The notes under the pieces: model-generated
What the model was told of the DNA's origin: nothing
The model's database searches: none
The model's input: only the letters and a program-made list of their open reading frames with translations
NCBI GenBank assembly: GCA_048938895.1
Contig: JBHLLU010000048.1
Span: 1-31,360 of the forward strand
Length of the DNA stretch: 31,360 bases
Reading direction: 5' to 3'
From: Promethearchaeota archaeon
GTDB lineage: Archaea; Asgardarchaeota; Lokiarchaeia; Sigyniarchaeales; SOKP01
In this document: positions 9,491 to 19,368 of the stretch, piece by piece
How positions within the stretch are numbered: position 1 is the stretch's first letter
Layout: the number at the start of each line of letters is the position of its first letter
Made by a program: the position numbers and the translations under genes

Positions 9491-10492
9491 CTAAGAATCT
9501 TGAATAAGTTCAATAAATTCCTCCTCATCATCCACTTGTTCTAAGTTTTTAATCTTAACTATGTGGATATCTTTACTTGTTATTAAGCCTGGTATTTTTA
9601 CGTTATTATCGATGATGTAAAGAGCAGTTTTATGAAATAATTCATTAAACATTTTTAAACAATTTATATTATTTTCATTTACTTTACTTTTCTCTTCAGA
9701 GATGGCAGAAAATAATGGATAAAAACCACCGCTTTCACCGTTTTCAAGAGATGAAAATAAGGAAACTTTGAATGGAATGGAACCTTTCTTATACCAATAA
9801 GAAGAGAGCCCGATATCCTTTATAATATCTTCAATATGAGATTCAAATTCACTTAATTCTATTCCTTCGGAGATTTCTTTATCTCCCATATCGTTTTGAA
9901 TATTCCATTTGAATATGTTAATCTTTTTGAATAATTCACTTTTCTCTAAGATATTAAAAATCTTTTGAGCCATTTCTTCTGAAGGACGCATACTCTCATT
10001 TTCATATGAACTAACTGTTCTTTTAGTTATACCTAACCTCTCAGATAATTCTTTTCTCGTTATTGAATGCTGTTCTCTTAGTTCTTTCATCAAATCGCCG
10101 TTTAAGAACACTACCCTTCCACCTCTCCTAGCTAAAATATAGGGGTATATATTGTTTAATAATATGTTCTCAAGAGTATTCAGAGTTATAAATGGTAAAC
10201 CATTTCTTATATAAATTGTATTATCTTCTAACTTCTGATATCTATTCCTAATTCCTATTAATAAGGGCTTAGATTTTAAGATTAAGGATAAGGACTTTAT
10301 ATCATTAACTATATCTGGATTTAAGTTGTCAATGTTAGGAAAGACTTTTACACTAAAAATCAAATCATCTTTCTTAACTAATAAGTCAAAACAAAATTTA
10401 CTTTTTGTATTTGAGAAAGTTCCTAATGAGAAAGTTTCATAATTAGCCTTTTTCAGCAGACTATTTATTTGTTCGATAACTGTGCCTGTCAT
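9491..10492 (-). CDS. Archaeal HTH transcriptional regulator (COG1395-like: nuclease-like N-domain + Cro/C1 HTH)
   Basis: CFDLLVKK...VKVFPNID, LEDNTIYIRNGLP, ARRGG and the HTH ITRKELSERLGITKRTVSSYENE. Confidence 0.85.
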   Translation of the reverse strand: MTGTVIEQINSLLKKANYETFSLGTFSNTKSKFCFDLLVKKDDLIFSVKVFPNIDNLNPDIVNDIKSLSLILKSKPLLIGIRNRYQKLEDNTIYIRNGLPFITLNTLENILLNNIYPYILARRGGRVVFLNGDLMKELREQHSITRKELSERLGITKRTVSSYENESMRPSEEMAQKIFNILEKSELFKKINIFKWNIQNDMGDKEISEGIELSEFESHIEDIIKDIGLSSYWYKKGSIPFKVSLFSSLENGESGGFYPLFSAISEEKSKVNENNINCLKMFNELFHKTALYIIDNNVKIPGLITSKDIHIVKIKNLEQVDDEEEFIELIQDS

Positions 10493-10610
10493 TAAATCCA
10501 GTTACTTAAATTGTAAGTAATAATTTAAATTTTCTCTTATTCAGATAATGAATGAAAACTTATTTAATTTATTACTATCTTCAGTGAATATTAGTGGTTA
10601 ATAACAAAAT

Positions 10611-11183
10611 TCAATGATCCTGAGTGATTTTAAGAAAATCAGCATCAGTTATTATCCCAACAAAATTATGTTGATCATCTTTTACTAAAACAGCAGAATA
10701 TCTTATAAGCAAATTTGAGATATCTTTCACATTCCATGTCCTATCAACTTCAGGGAAGGGAAGTTCCTTGATGAGAGATACATCAGCACCAAGAATCTCA
10801 GGATTATCAGTTATATATTTTTGAATTTTTTTAGAGGTTATACTTCCAAAATTTTGTTTATCTTCTATGATGGGAAGTTGCGAGATGTTTTCTTTATGCA
10901 TAATTTCTACGGCTTCTCTTATAGTGGAAGATGGTTGAATTGATTTGATATCCCGTGTCATAATATCTTTAGCATGCATTGTAGATTTTTTACGTTTAAT
11001 ATTTTCACGCTCTAAATATTCGTATATCATTTTGAATCTAGTATATGAGGGATCGATTGTCCCACTTTCAATTCTTGAGATTGTAGATTGTGTTAATTTC
11101 AATTCATTAGCAAGTTCCTTTTGACTTATATTTAATTTCTTTCTTATACGCTTAATTTCATCTAAGGAAGGTAAATTTTTCAT
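10611..11183 (-). CDS. HTH (Xre) + CBS-pair transcriptional regulator (COG3620-like)
   Basis: IRKKLNISQKELANELKLTQSTISRIESGTIDP, then CBS motifs AKDIMT, ISQLPII and VGIITDADFLK. ATG at 11183 preferred over 11216 because LPSLDEIK is the usual family start. Confidence 0.88.
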   Translation of the reverse strand: MKNLPSLDEIKRIRKKLNISQKELANELKLTQSTISRIESGTIDPSYTRFKMIYEYLERENIKRKKSTMHAKDIMTRDIKSIQPSSTIREAVEIMHKENISQLPIIEDKQNFGSITSKKIQKYITDNPEILGADVSLIKELPFPEVDRTWNVKDISNLLIRYSAVLVKDDQHNFVGIITDADFLKITQDH

Positions 11184-11200
11184 AATCGATAAGTATTTTT

Positions 11201-11217
11201 TATGCGAATTATGCATA
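11201..11217. promoter_or_regulatory. Possible operator palindrome TATGC-N7-GCATA upstream of the HTH-CBS gene
   Basis: TATGCGAATTATGCATA lies 18 nt upstream of ATG 11183 in otherwise very AT-rich DNA. Confidence 0.35.
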
Positions 11218-11381
11218 TTATGATTACAAAATATTTATAAATATTTTTCATACCCTAATTTTAAATACCCAGATTAAATGAAAAGTTCATATTTTTTATT
11301 TAATAAGGAATTTAACTGATAAATAATTTAAAAACATACTTAAATGAACAATTAAAATCATTACCAAGTTGGTTAAACGAA

Positions 11382-12626
11382 ATGTTAAAAATTACTCGGG
11401 CTAACTTTTTACCTATTGAGAAAAGTGAAATTCCAGAACTCGTTGAAAGGAAGGGTATTGGACATCCTGATACTGTCTGTGATGCTGTAGCAGATGCATG
11501 CTCTAGAGCTTTATGTATGTATTACCTCGAAAATTTTGACCGAGTTTACCACCATAATGTCGATAAAGCAGCTCTTGTTGGAGGGACTGCAAGACCAGAA
11601 TATGGGGGAGGTCAAATTATTCAACCACAATATTTCCTTATTGTTGGGCGTGCAATAAATCAGATTCTTACTGAATGCCATGATGGTTCTAACAAGCTTG
11701 AATATGTTCCAATCCCAACCATTTGTATTGATACACAACGTGAGGTTTTATCCAATATTTTTAGAAATCTTGATTTAAATCGTGATATCCAGTTCGATTA
11801 TGCTGTTCGACCGGGTTCTATTGACTTAACAGGTGTATTTGATGAATCTCATCATACAGAAGATGTACCTTTAGCAAATGATACCAGTTTTGGTGTAGGA
11901 TATGCACCCTACTCTGACGTAGAAAAAATCGCATTAGAATCTGAGAAACTTATAAATTCAGATGAATTTAAGAAGAAATGCAAAGCTTCAGGAGAGGATA
12001 TCAAAGTTATGGTTGAGAGGATCGGAAATGAGGTGGGAATAACAATTGCAGCTGCTATGGTTAGTAAGCATATAAACGATGCAAGTGAATATGTGAGTTA
12101 TACCAATCAAATAAAAGATGCAGTCTTAGATTTAGCTACAGATATTATCCCTGATAGAGATGTTAGCTGTCAAATAAATGTTGCAGATAATATCGAGAAA
12201 GGTATAATGTATTTAACGATTACTGGCACATCAGCTGAAGCAGGGGATGATGGGGAAGTTGGTCGTGGGAATCGGTCGAATGGATTGATAACTCCTTGTA
12301 GAACTATGAGTTTGGAAGCTGTTTGTGGAAAGAATCCAATAAATCACGTAGGAAAAATATATAACGTTTTAAGTACAGAAATTGCACGAGAAATCATTAA
12401 TCGAGGTCAAGGAGATATAGTGGAAGCACATGTAAAGTTACTCTCTCAGATAGGACACCCAATAACACAGCCATGGGTTAATTCCATTGAACTGATCCCA
12501 GCAGATAATGTAAATTTTGAATCAGTGAAGAGAATTGCTGAGGAAGTATCGGCTGAAAGACTTAGTAAAGAGTATCTAATCGATTTAAGAAAAAGGTTGA
12601 TCGCAGGCGACGTCCAAGTATTTTAA
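11382..12626 (+). CDS. mat: Archaeal-type S-adenosylmethionine synthetase
   Basis: [54 protein letters not shown] and [13 protein letters not shown]. Confidence 0.97.
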   Translation: MLKITRANFLPIEKSEIPELVERKGIGHPDTVCDAVADACSRALCMYYLENFDRVYHHNVDKAALVGGTARPEYGGGQIIQPQYFLIVGRAINQILTECHDGSNKLEYVPIPTICIDTQREVLSNIFRNLDLNRDIQFDYAVRPGSIDLTGVFDESHHTEDVPLANDTSFGVGYAPYSDVEKIALESEKLINSDEFKKKCKASGEDIKVMVERIGNEVGITIAAAMVSKHINDASEYVSYTNQIKDAVLDLATDIIPDRDVSCQINVADNIEKGIMYLTITGTSAEAGDDGEVGRGNRSNGLITPCRTMSLEAVCGKNPINHVGKIYNVLSTEIAREIINRGQGDIVEAHVKLLSQIGHPITQPWVNSIELIPADNVNFESVKRIAEEVSAERLSKEYLIDLRKRLIAGDVQVF

Positions 12627-12649
12627 AATTACTGATGCAGATAAACAAA

Positions 12650-12672
12650 TTTTTATTTTTTTCTCTTTTTTT
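12650..12672 (+). terminator. T-rich archaeal-type terminator after mat
   Basis: Near-continuous oligo-T tract starting about 24 nt after the stop codon. Confidence 0.5.
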
Positions 12673-12716
12673 ATATATTAGATTTTGAAATAGGATATCT
12701 AGTCATCAAATATTTA

Positions 12717-12986
12717 TTGGATTATCAAATGGGTTTAGATAAATGGCTTAAATCTGATGAAGTAGATAAGAAGCAGATAAAAAAGCCTAATGAGGATAAA
12801 AAAAAGAAGGACGAGGAACTGGAAAAGTCTAACATAAAAACAAAAAGGTTGAAATTGCAAAAATACATCCTCAATTGTTCTAATTCAAAATGTAAGTATC
12901 AGAAAATAGTCATGAAAAAAGAGCTTACTGATATAGATAAGATATGTCCTAGATGTAGTAAAGAAATGAAAGTTAAACGCTCTTAA
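12717..12986 (+). CDS. Small basic zinc-ribbon protein
   Basis: CSNSKC...CPRC with a charged linker; start is either TTG 12717 or ATG 12729. Confidence 0.7.
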   Translation: MDYQMGLDKWLKSDEVDKKQIKKPNEDKKKKDEELEKSNIKTKRLKLQKYILNCSNSKCKYQKIVMKKELTDIDKICPRCSKEMKVKRS

Positions 12987-13011
12987 TTTAATTTGTTTTT
13001 CAGTATTATTA

Positions 13012-13242
13012 TTAATTATCAATAGGTTTAAGAGTTTTTAAGTCAAAAATAGATTCACAGTTAGGGCAGGTGTTTGGCTTTTTGCTGTATTTTAATATAA
13101 AATAGACAATAAAGCCCAAACCGATAGTTAGGATTACCATAAACAGCAAAACCTCATGATAGATATGATCAAACGTTTTTCTTCTTAATACAACTTCTTT
13201 TTCGCAAACAGGGCAATAAGCAGTCCTTTTCGTTTTTCTCAC
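13012..13242 (-). CDS. Small membrane-associated zinc-finger protein, LITAF-like architecture
   Basis: CPVC, then an approximately 20-aa hydrophobic segment, then CPNC. Confidence 0.7.
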   Translation of the reverse strand: MRKTKRTAYCPVCEKEVVLRRKTFDHIYHEVLLFMVILTIGLGFIVYFILKYSKKPNTCPNCESIFDLKTLKPIDN

Positions 13243-13299
13243 TGTATCAACCCGTTTACATCAAGTATTTTATATTAATTTATATTCATTGAAATATAA

Positions 13300-14064
13300 T
13301 TATTTTTGGTTTAAAATTATATTATTTCTGATATCATTTCGCAGTATTTTTGCAGGTCTCCCAATATAGATGGAATTTTCTTCAATATATTGATTAATCG
13401 TAGTATAGCTTCCCATTCCTAAAATAGCTCCATTTTCTACTATTGTTCCGGGAGAGATCACACTAAATGCGCCAATAGTACATCCCTCTTTTAAAAGCAC
13501 TCTTTTAATCAATAAATATTCATCAACAATCATAGAGCTCATGATTACTGACCCTTCTCCAAGAATAACATTATTCTCAATTATTATAAAATCTGAATCG
13601 ATATAGCTGTCTAATACTCCGCTATTGTATGAAACTTTTATACCTAATGATTTTAAGGCGAGCAATTTTGCCCATGGTAAAGGAAAGTAATTAAATATTT
13701 TCAAAGTGAGACTCTTTATATTTTTTCTCATAATAAAGAAAAGATAATCATTATTTTTAAAAGATCTTTCAAATAATCCTTCTCTTGGTTTATGAATTAA
13801 GATTAAAATAGTTAAAATTAATTTTGAGAATAAAAGTAAGAAGAGAATGAACATTCCATAATAAAGGACTATTGACACAGGTAAGAAGAATATTATTAAA
13901 AAAGTCGGTAAAAATAGGGAAAATATTTGGAAAAAAAGCATGAAGATTAAACTTGTAGGGAAAATCGAAAGCCATATCAAGATTAGATACAACCAAAAAA
14001 ATTTAAAAGGCGTTGTGCTGTTAGAGGTGACCACTGATTTATTAACCGATATGATTATCACCAT
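13300..14064 (-). CDS. Membrane protein with hexapeptide-repeat (left-handed beta-helix) domain
   Basis: TM hairpin followed by IENNVILGEGSVI and LKEGCTIGAFSVISPGTIVENGAILG...YIGRPA. Start uncertain (14064 or nearby); the ORF-track start at 14145 overlaps the upstream gene by about 100 nt. Confidence 0.8.
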   Translation of the reverse strand: MVIIISVNKSVVTSNSTTPFKFFWLYLILIWLSIFPTSLIFMLFFQIFSLFLPTFLIIFFLPVSIVLYYGMFILFLLLFSKLILTILILIHKPREGLFERSFKNNDYLFFIMRKNIKSLTLKIFNYFPLPWAKLLALKSLGIKVSYNSGVLDSYIDSDFIIIENNVILGEGSVIMSSMIVDEYLLIKRVLLKEGCTIGAFSVISPGTIVENGAILGMGSYTTINQYIEENSIYIGRPAKILRNDIRNNIILNQK

Positions 14065-15595
14065 CCTTGTAAATGGAATTATAGTTTGAAAGGGAATATA
14101 ATTTGTCATATTTAGAAGTAGTAGATAGAGGAAGTAAAGATACATTGTCCTCGATTTCTGTCCCTGGTGCTATACAACAAATATCTGAAATAGTTATATT
14201 ATTTCCTATGATGATGCTTTTAATAGTTAGACTCTCATCCCACAAGTGGCTCGCCAACAACGCTTTTCCTAAATATGAGTTATATCCTACAGTTAAGAAT
14301 TCTTTAGCAATAAAACTATCTTCGATAATTGTATTTTTCCCAAATTGGCAGTTACCTATGAAATTAAAAGCAGGCCTCATTAACCATGGGAATGGACTCT
14401 TTTGTATTTTCCATTTGACATATCTTAGGATAAAAGAGCGTTTGAAGTAACTCTTGTAATCATTGTTTTTATTGGACCAATGCAATATTCCCTCCTTAGC
14501 GGGATTATTATATCGAAAAATTTTGTATACTATTTTAGAAATTAATATAACGGAAAACAAATTTATCAAATACAAACATATGATAAAGACAGGTGTTAAT
14601 AAAAATACAAAAAAGGCAGGCAGTTCTGTAAATAGATTAATTATAGTAGGTTCTAGTAAAAAAAAGGGATAGAAGAAGTTATGAAAAAAATAAAGTAGTC
14701 CTAAAAGTGGGATTAAGTTAGATAGGAAATAGATGATACCAAATGTAAAGATATTAAGATTTAAGTTTTTTATGAATTTCTTTTCAAAATTCCTATTAGT
14801 GTGTTTCCTAATGACTGGGGGAGAATTCAGAAAATCCATTTTATTAATAAATTTGGAGGGTTCTTGTGAAGGATTAGAGATTTTTTCCGCAGGGTTTCCA
14901 ATATAAATTGCATTAGGTTCTAAAATCTGGTTGATTTTAGTGCGTGACATTGTTCCTAGTATGGTATTAGAACCGATATGAGTACCGGGTGCTACAAAAG
15001 AATTAGCACCAATAACAACATTATTTTCAATAACAATTTTTTTAATTATTAAATGTCTCCCGTCTATCATGCTTGATTTTATTGAACATCCTTGACCGAT
15101 GGAAAGATTATTTCCAAGTTTAATGAATTCAGTATCAATCTGTCCTCTAGATATATTGTTTGAATAATCTGTCTTCACTCCTAGTACCTTCAATATAAAA
15201 TTATGGATTAATGGAACCGAAATTAGGTTAGCTAACCAGATTGGCCATTTCTTAATAACTGCTCTTAAACTCCAAAAGTAGTAATCTCGATCTGTTCTTA
15301 CCTTTTTAAAGACTCCTTGCCTAGGTTTGTGTAAAAATTTAATAAAATGGAGAATTAGTTTAGATAAATAAGCTGACCCTATAATAAGCGTTAAATATCC
15401 AATACATAATGTAAATGGTAATAAAAAGTAAATGAGGATTATATACTCCCCTACTAGAATCCAAAAGAAGTATATTTCCATAATAATAGGTAATAAAGAG
15501 CCCCAAATAATTGAAATATATATAACCAAAAATTTTTTTGATATCAGAGCGTTTGTTGTATAAAGGCCATCCTGAATTGAGACAGGGTAAGACAA
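14042..15595 (-). CDS. Membrane protein with two (TM hairpin + hexapeptide-repeat) units
   Basis: IENNVVIGANSFVAPGTHIGSNTILG...YIGNPA and IGNNITISDICCIAPGTEIEDN, each preceded by two TM segments. Confidence 0.82.
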   Translation of the reverse strand: MSYPVSIQDGLYTTNALISKKFLVIYISIIWGSLLPIIMEIYFFWILVGEYIILIYFLLPFTLCIGYLTLIIGSAYLSKLILHFIKFLHKPRQGVFKKVRTDRDYYFWSLRAVIKKWPIWLANLISVPLIHNFILKVLGVKTDYSNNISRGQIDTEFIKLGNNLSIGQGCSIKSSMIDGRHLIIKKIVIENNVVIGANSFVAPGTHIGSNTILGTMSRTKINQILEPNAIYIGNPAEKISNPSQEPSKFINKMDFLNSPPVIRKHTNRNFEKKFIKNLNLNIFTFGIIYFLSNLIPLLGLLYFFHNFFYPFFLLEPTIINLFTELPAFFVFLLTPVFIICLYLINLFSVILISKIVYKIFRYNNPAKEGILHWSNKNNDYKSYFKRSFILRYVKWKIQKSPFPWLMRPAFNFIGNCQFGKNTIIEDSFIAKEFLTVGYNSYLGKALLASHLWDESLTIKSIIIGNNITISDICCIAPGTEIEDNVSLLPLSTTSKYDKLYSLSNYNSIYKDGDNHIG

Positions 15596-15728
15596 GAGTT
15601 CAATCCTATAAAAAGTGAATTAAAATTGTTCAATTAGTATTTATCAAAAGAATTAAACTTTTTGGGATTTTTATTATATTCTAATCCGTAATCTAATTTG
15701 TTTCTAAACAAATAAGTAATACTAATAG

Positions 15729-15908
15729 TTAATTAAAACCTCGAAATGGTTTTTTTTCTGGTTCTTTTCTTTTTTTCTCTCCTGTTGTTAGCAAGTTAAA
15801 TGTATTATCAACTCCTAATTCGCTTAATTTTTTTCTTTCTTCATCTACAGAATAATCTTCTTCATCTAAAGAAAGTTCTTCCTCGTCATTCTCTTCTTCA
15901 CTTATCAT
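15729..15908 (-). CDS. Small acidic hypothetical protein
   Basis: MISEEENDEEELSLDEED...KKPFRGFN; SD-like GGAAGTGA just upstream of ATG 15908. Confidence 0.6.
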   Translation of the reverse strand: MISEEENDEEELSLDEEDYSVDEERKKLSELGVDNTFNLLTTGEKKRKEPEKKPFRGFN

Positions 15909-16075
15909 GATCACTTCCTTAAACTCTACTAAAATAGTAAAGTTCATATTAATAAAATTTGGCAAAGTTAAGATATAGAACAATAACAAAATATATTCTA
16001 AAAAATATTTTAAATCTGGAATTTACTAATTTATTAAAAAAATATTTCTTTTAAAAAATATAAATTGGTATAAAT

Positions 16076-17044
16076 ATGACAAATTGTGCTCATTGTGGAG
16101 ATGAGATAATTGGAGAACTTTTCTACTGTAATAAATGTGGATATAATTATTGTTTAAGGCATAAAGAACCAATCAATCATGATTGTAACATTATAATAGA
16201 AAGTTCTGGAATACAACAATCTGCTACAGCTTCACAAATATATAATCAAGAGCCTCAGGTAATATCTGTAACCCAAGGTCCGAGACGCGGCACTACAGAT
16301 GGAACATATACTTGGTATCGTCAAGAATCTCAAGTCCCAGTGAATGCTTTTGACCCCGATTCTGGAATTGATTTTAAAGGAATCTTATTGCCTCACAAAT
16401 CTGAATTGTTTCATTTTGTCATTGGTGTTTCTATAATATTTATTGTAGGCATGTTAACATTTTTACCTAATCTTCCTCAATTAACAGCTCTTGGGTATGA
16501 ATGGGCTATTTTCATGTTAGCGGGATTTTATGCTACAGCGTTTTTCTTTCATGAATTAGGACACAGACAAGTAGCGAAACACTTTGAGCTTCAAACTAAA
16601 TTCAGATTGTTAACTTTTGGAATGATTTTAACTGTTTTTGGAGTAGTTTTTAATCTCTTTTCACTGGCTTCTGGAGGTGGAAGTTTTCCATCATTAGCTT
16701 TACCAGGAGCTGTTGTTGTTTTAGGGTTGAGCACTATAAATAGAACAACAGGGCTTTGTAAAACTGCAGGACCTTTGGTAAATCTTATATATGGGGTAAT
16801 TTTATTTGCAGTTTCCTTCTTAATTACTGACTATCCACTTAACATGTTGATAGGGTTAGCTGCGAATTTAAACTTCATGCTTGGAACGTTCAATATGATT
16901 CCCATTGGCATTTTAGATGGTCAAAATATTTGGAAATGGAATAAGAAGATATATATTGTATTATGTGGTTCATTAGTGACACTTTTAATAATGACATATG
17001 TTATTATATATGCTCCACAAGGCTCCAATCTTTACTTTCCTTAA
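16076..17044 (+). CDS. AN1-type zinc finger + site-2 protease (peptidase M50)
   Basis: CAHC...CNKC...CLRHKEPINHDC; HELGH, AGPLVN and NMIPIGILDG metal-binding motifs are intact. Confidence 0.9.
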   Translation: MTNCAHCGDEIIGELFYCNKCGYNYCLRHKEPINHDCNIIIESSGIQQSATASQIYNQEPQVISVTQGPRRGTTDGTYTWYRQESQVPVNAFDPDSGIDFKGILLPHKSELFHFVIGVSIIFIVGMLTFLPNLPQLTALGYEWAIFMLAGFYATAFFFHELGHRQVAKHFELQTKFRLLTFGMILTVFGVVFNLFSLASGGGSFPSLALPGAVVVLGLSTINRTTGLCKTAGPLVNLIYGVILFAVSFLITDYPLNMLIGLAANLNFMLGTFNMIPIGILDGQNIWKWNKKIYIVLCGSLVTLLIMTYVIIYAPQGSNLYFP

Positions 17045-17192
17045 TAGAAAAAAACTCGATGTAATATTCTAATTATTTTTACTACTAAAAATAAAAAGTA
17101 AAAATTATGAAGGATGTTAATTTTAAATTATTATACGTTTAAATTCCTAATTAGAAATATTGAAAAAATTATTAAGTCTGTGGTGAATTAGA

Positions 17193-18176
17193 ATAACTTT
17201 TTGCGAATTCTGTGGTGAACAAATTGGATATCTTCCATTTACATGCAAATATTGCGGTGGTACTTTTTGTAAGAAACATAGACTACCAGAAAACCACGAA
17301 TGCACATTCGAATTAAAGCATGTACCCGTTGTGCCAACTACCCCAAGAAGCCCAATCAAACGTCGCCAAGATGTTGTTTATAAGAAACAAGCATCTCAGG
17401 AATATTTAGGTCAAGGACCCAGAGTATTACGAAAATATCTAAGAAGACAAGATAAAGAAAGAAAAAGAACTGTAAGAAGTTATGGGAGATCACAAACATC
17501 AGCTACTAAGTACAATTATACGAAGATATTATTTGCGACAATTATTATAACTTCAATAGTTGCTTTGATTTTTGATTCCTCTGGGATCTCTCGATATATA
17601 TACTTAAGTTTAGATAAAGTTATATCTGAATTCACATTTCACACGTTTTTTACAAGCCTTTTTATAAGTACTAGCAGTTTTGGGGTTGTAGATATTTCAG
17701 CAATAATAAATTTATTCTTCTTATTCTTTATGTTATTTTTCCTCTATTTTATGGCAAGAAACATAGAGTTTAGTTATGGCGCTTCTTTCTTAATAAAGCT
17801 GTTTGTGATTGGTGGATTATTTTCAGCATTATTCTACATTTTACTTAGATTATCTTTACTTGGTTTTTATCCATTAAATGAACCAATCAATATTGGATCT
17901 ATACAAATATCTGGGGTGTATGTTGGACTGGCATGGGGCGGAATATATAGCTTAATTTCATATATAATCTTTCCAATGATGAGACGAGAAGTGAGAGCCT
18001 ATATACCAATGAGAATGTCAGGAAGAAGTTTTTTAATTTTAATTGTCTCAATACGTTTAATTTTTGGTTTATGGTATGCGTTTACTGGCCTCTTTTATTT
18101 ATTAGTTTACTTACCTGAGCTTGGAGGGATTCTTGGGGCATATCTCGTTTATAAATATAAATTTCTAAAAAAATAA
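17193..18176 (+). CDS. AN1-type zinc finger + rhomboid-like membrane protein (catalytic residues apparently absent); probable ATA start
   Basis: Frame is open 46 codons upstream of the ORF-track GTG and encodes [43 protein letters not shown] at 17182-17186. Rhomboid-like segments [17 protein letters not shown]...[11 protein letters not shown] and [10 protein letters not shown]. Confidence 0.8.
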   Translation: MTFCEFCGEQIGYLPFTCKYCGGTFCKKHRLPENHECTFELKHVPVVPTTPRSPIKRRQDVVYKKQASQEYLGQGPRVLRKYLRRQDKERKRTVRSYGRSQTSATKYNYTKILFATIIITSIVALIFDSSGISRYIYLSLDKVISEFTFHTFFTSLFISTSSFGVVDISAIINLFFLFFMLFFLYFMARNIEFSYGASFLIKLFVIGGLFSALFYILLRLSLLGFYPLNEPINIGSIQISGVYVGLAWGGIYSLISYIIFPMMRREVRAYIPMRMSGRSFLILIVSIRLIFGLWYAFTGLFYLLVYLPELGGILGAYLVYKYKFLKK

Positions 18177-18216
18177 TAATCTAATCTTTCAAATTATTGG
18201 TAACGTTATCAATGAG

Positions 18217-18873
18217 ATGTCAGACAAAGAACATTCAACTGTAATTGAATTAAATGAAGATTTAATTGCAAATAACGACAAATTAGCAGAAGAAAATAAG
18301 AATATATTAAGGGAACTTAAGGTAAGATCTGTTGATTTTGTGGGGGCCATAGGTGCAGGAAAAACAGCGATTATTGAAAGACTTGTAAAAGAAATCTCAA
18401 AAGACCAAAAAGTACTTGTTATTAATGGTGATGTGACCACACGAGTCGATGCTGACAGAATAGAAAAATATGGAGTGAATGCAATTCAAATTAACACAGG
18501 GAGAGAATGTGCTCTTAATTCTTATCACATCTCTCAAGTGATAAAAAATTATGATTTAACAAATATTGAACTTCTTTTTATAGAAAATGTAGGAAATTTA
18601 ATCTGTCCCTCTGATTTTATCTTAGGTGCGGATAAAAGAGTAGTTGTGGTCTCCATCACTGAAGGTCCCTGGGTCATCCGTAAACATCCGATGCTGTTTA
18701 AATATTCAGATATAGCAGTGATTAATAAAATAGATTTACAAGATGTAATGGATGTAGACATTGAGGAAATGATTAAAGATGGAAGACAGATCAATCCAAA
18801 TCTTAAAATTTTTACTACAAGTGCGTTAACTGGAGAAAATATCCCTCAGTTAATAACTGAGATAATGAAATAA
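18217..18873 (+). CDS. hypB: Hydrogenase nickel incorporation GTPase HypB
   Basis: GAIGAGKT, DADRI, QINTGREC, IENVGNLICPSDF, SITEG, KHP, NKID and SALTGE. Confidence 0.92.
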   Translation: MSDKEHSTVIELNEDLIANNDKLAEENKNILRELKVRSVDFVGAIGAGKTAIIERLVKEISKDQKVLVINGDVTTRVDADRIEKYGVNAIQINTGRECALNSYHISQVIKNYDLTNIELLFIENVGNLICPSDFILGADKRVVVVSITEGPWVIRKHPMLFKYSDIAVINKIDLQDVMDVDIEEMIKDGRQINPNLKIFTTSALTGENIPQLITEIMK

Positions 18874-18933
18874 ATTAAAAATAAAAGCAAAAGAATATAA
18901 TATTAATAATAAGGAAAATAATTCTGGTGTATC

Positions 18934-19350
18934 ATGTCGATAAGGCAATATAATACGGAATTAGGAACTCTAATTGATAAAATAGTAAAGGTCTATATTG
19001 ATAAAGACAAGTTTTTTGTAGGGCAATTAAAAGGTATTTCAGAGGATTCAAACTTGATTCTTGTCAATGTAAAAAATGAAAAAAATAAGTCATTCCCCAA
19101 GTTGTTTATAAGAAGCACTTTTTACGATTACGTTAGTTTGGAAGAGGAACCTTTCCCAATGCTTGCACTCAGCGAAAGAATCGCCACAATCTTCTCAAAG
19201 GGCCATGTTAATTATATTGAAGATCAAAACATTATATCAATATTGAGTGGGAAAATAATTGTAGATGAATCAGGTGTCCGTGGAGAAGGCCCAAGTGCCG
19301 ATAGAGTGAGAAAAATTTATGATCAATTTAAAATGGATTTAGAAGATTAA
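18934..19350 (+). CDS. Sm-like protein with C-terminal extension (SmAP3 type)
   Basis: Sm1 motif (LIDKIVKV...FVGQLKGI...NLILVN), Sm2 motif (LFIR) and C-domain ending GVRGEGPSADRVRKIYDQF. Confidence 0.85.
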   Translation: MSIRQYNTELGTLIDKIVKVYIDKDKFFVGQLKGISEDSNLILVNVKNEKNKSFPKLFIRSTFYDYVSLEEEPFPMLALSERIATIFSKGHVNYIEDQNIISILSGKIIVDESGVRGEGPSADRVRKIYDQFKMDLED

Positions 19351-19368
19351 TTTTTTTTATTTTTTAAT

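Noticed and set aside
11655-11710. Short extra segment in SAM synthetase ([13 protein letters not shown]) as an in-frame intron
   Set aside because: No stop, no convincing hairpin or BHB; more likely a variable loop.
17177-17219. 11-bp direct repeat TCTGTGGTGAA (17177, 17209) as an intron or target-site duplication
   Set aside because: Explained by an SD sequence plus Cys-Gly-Glu codons. Deleting the interval destroys the AN1 finger, and no BHB is evident.
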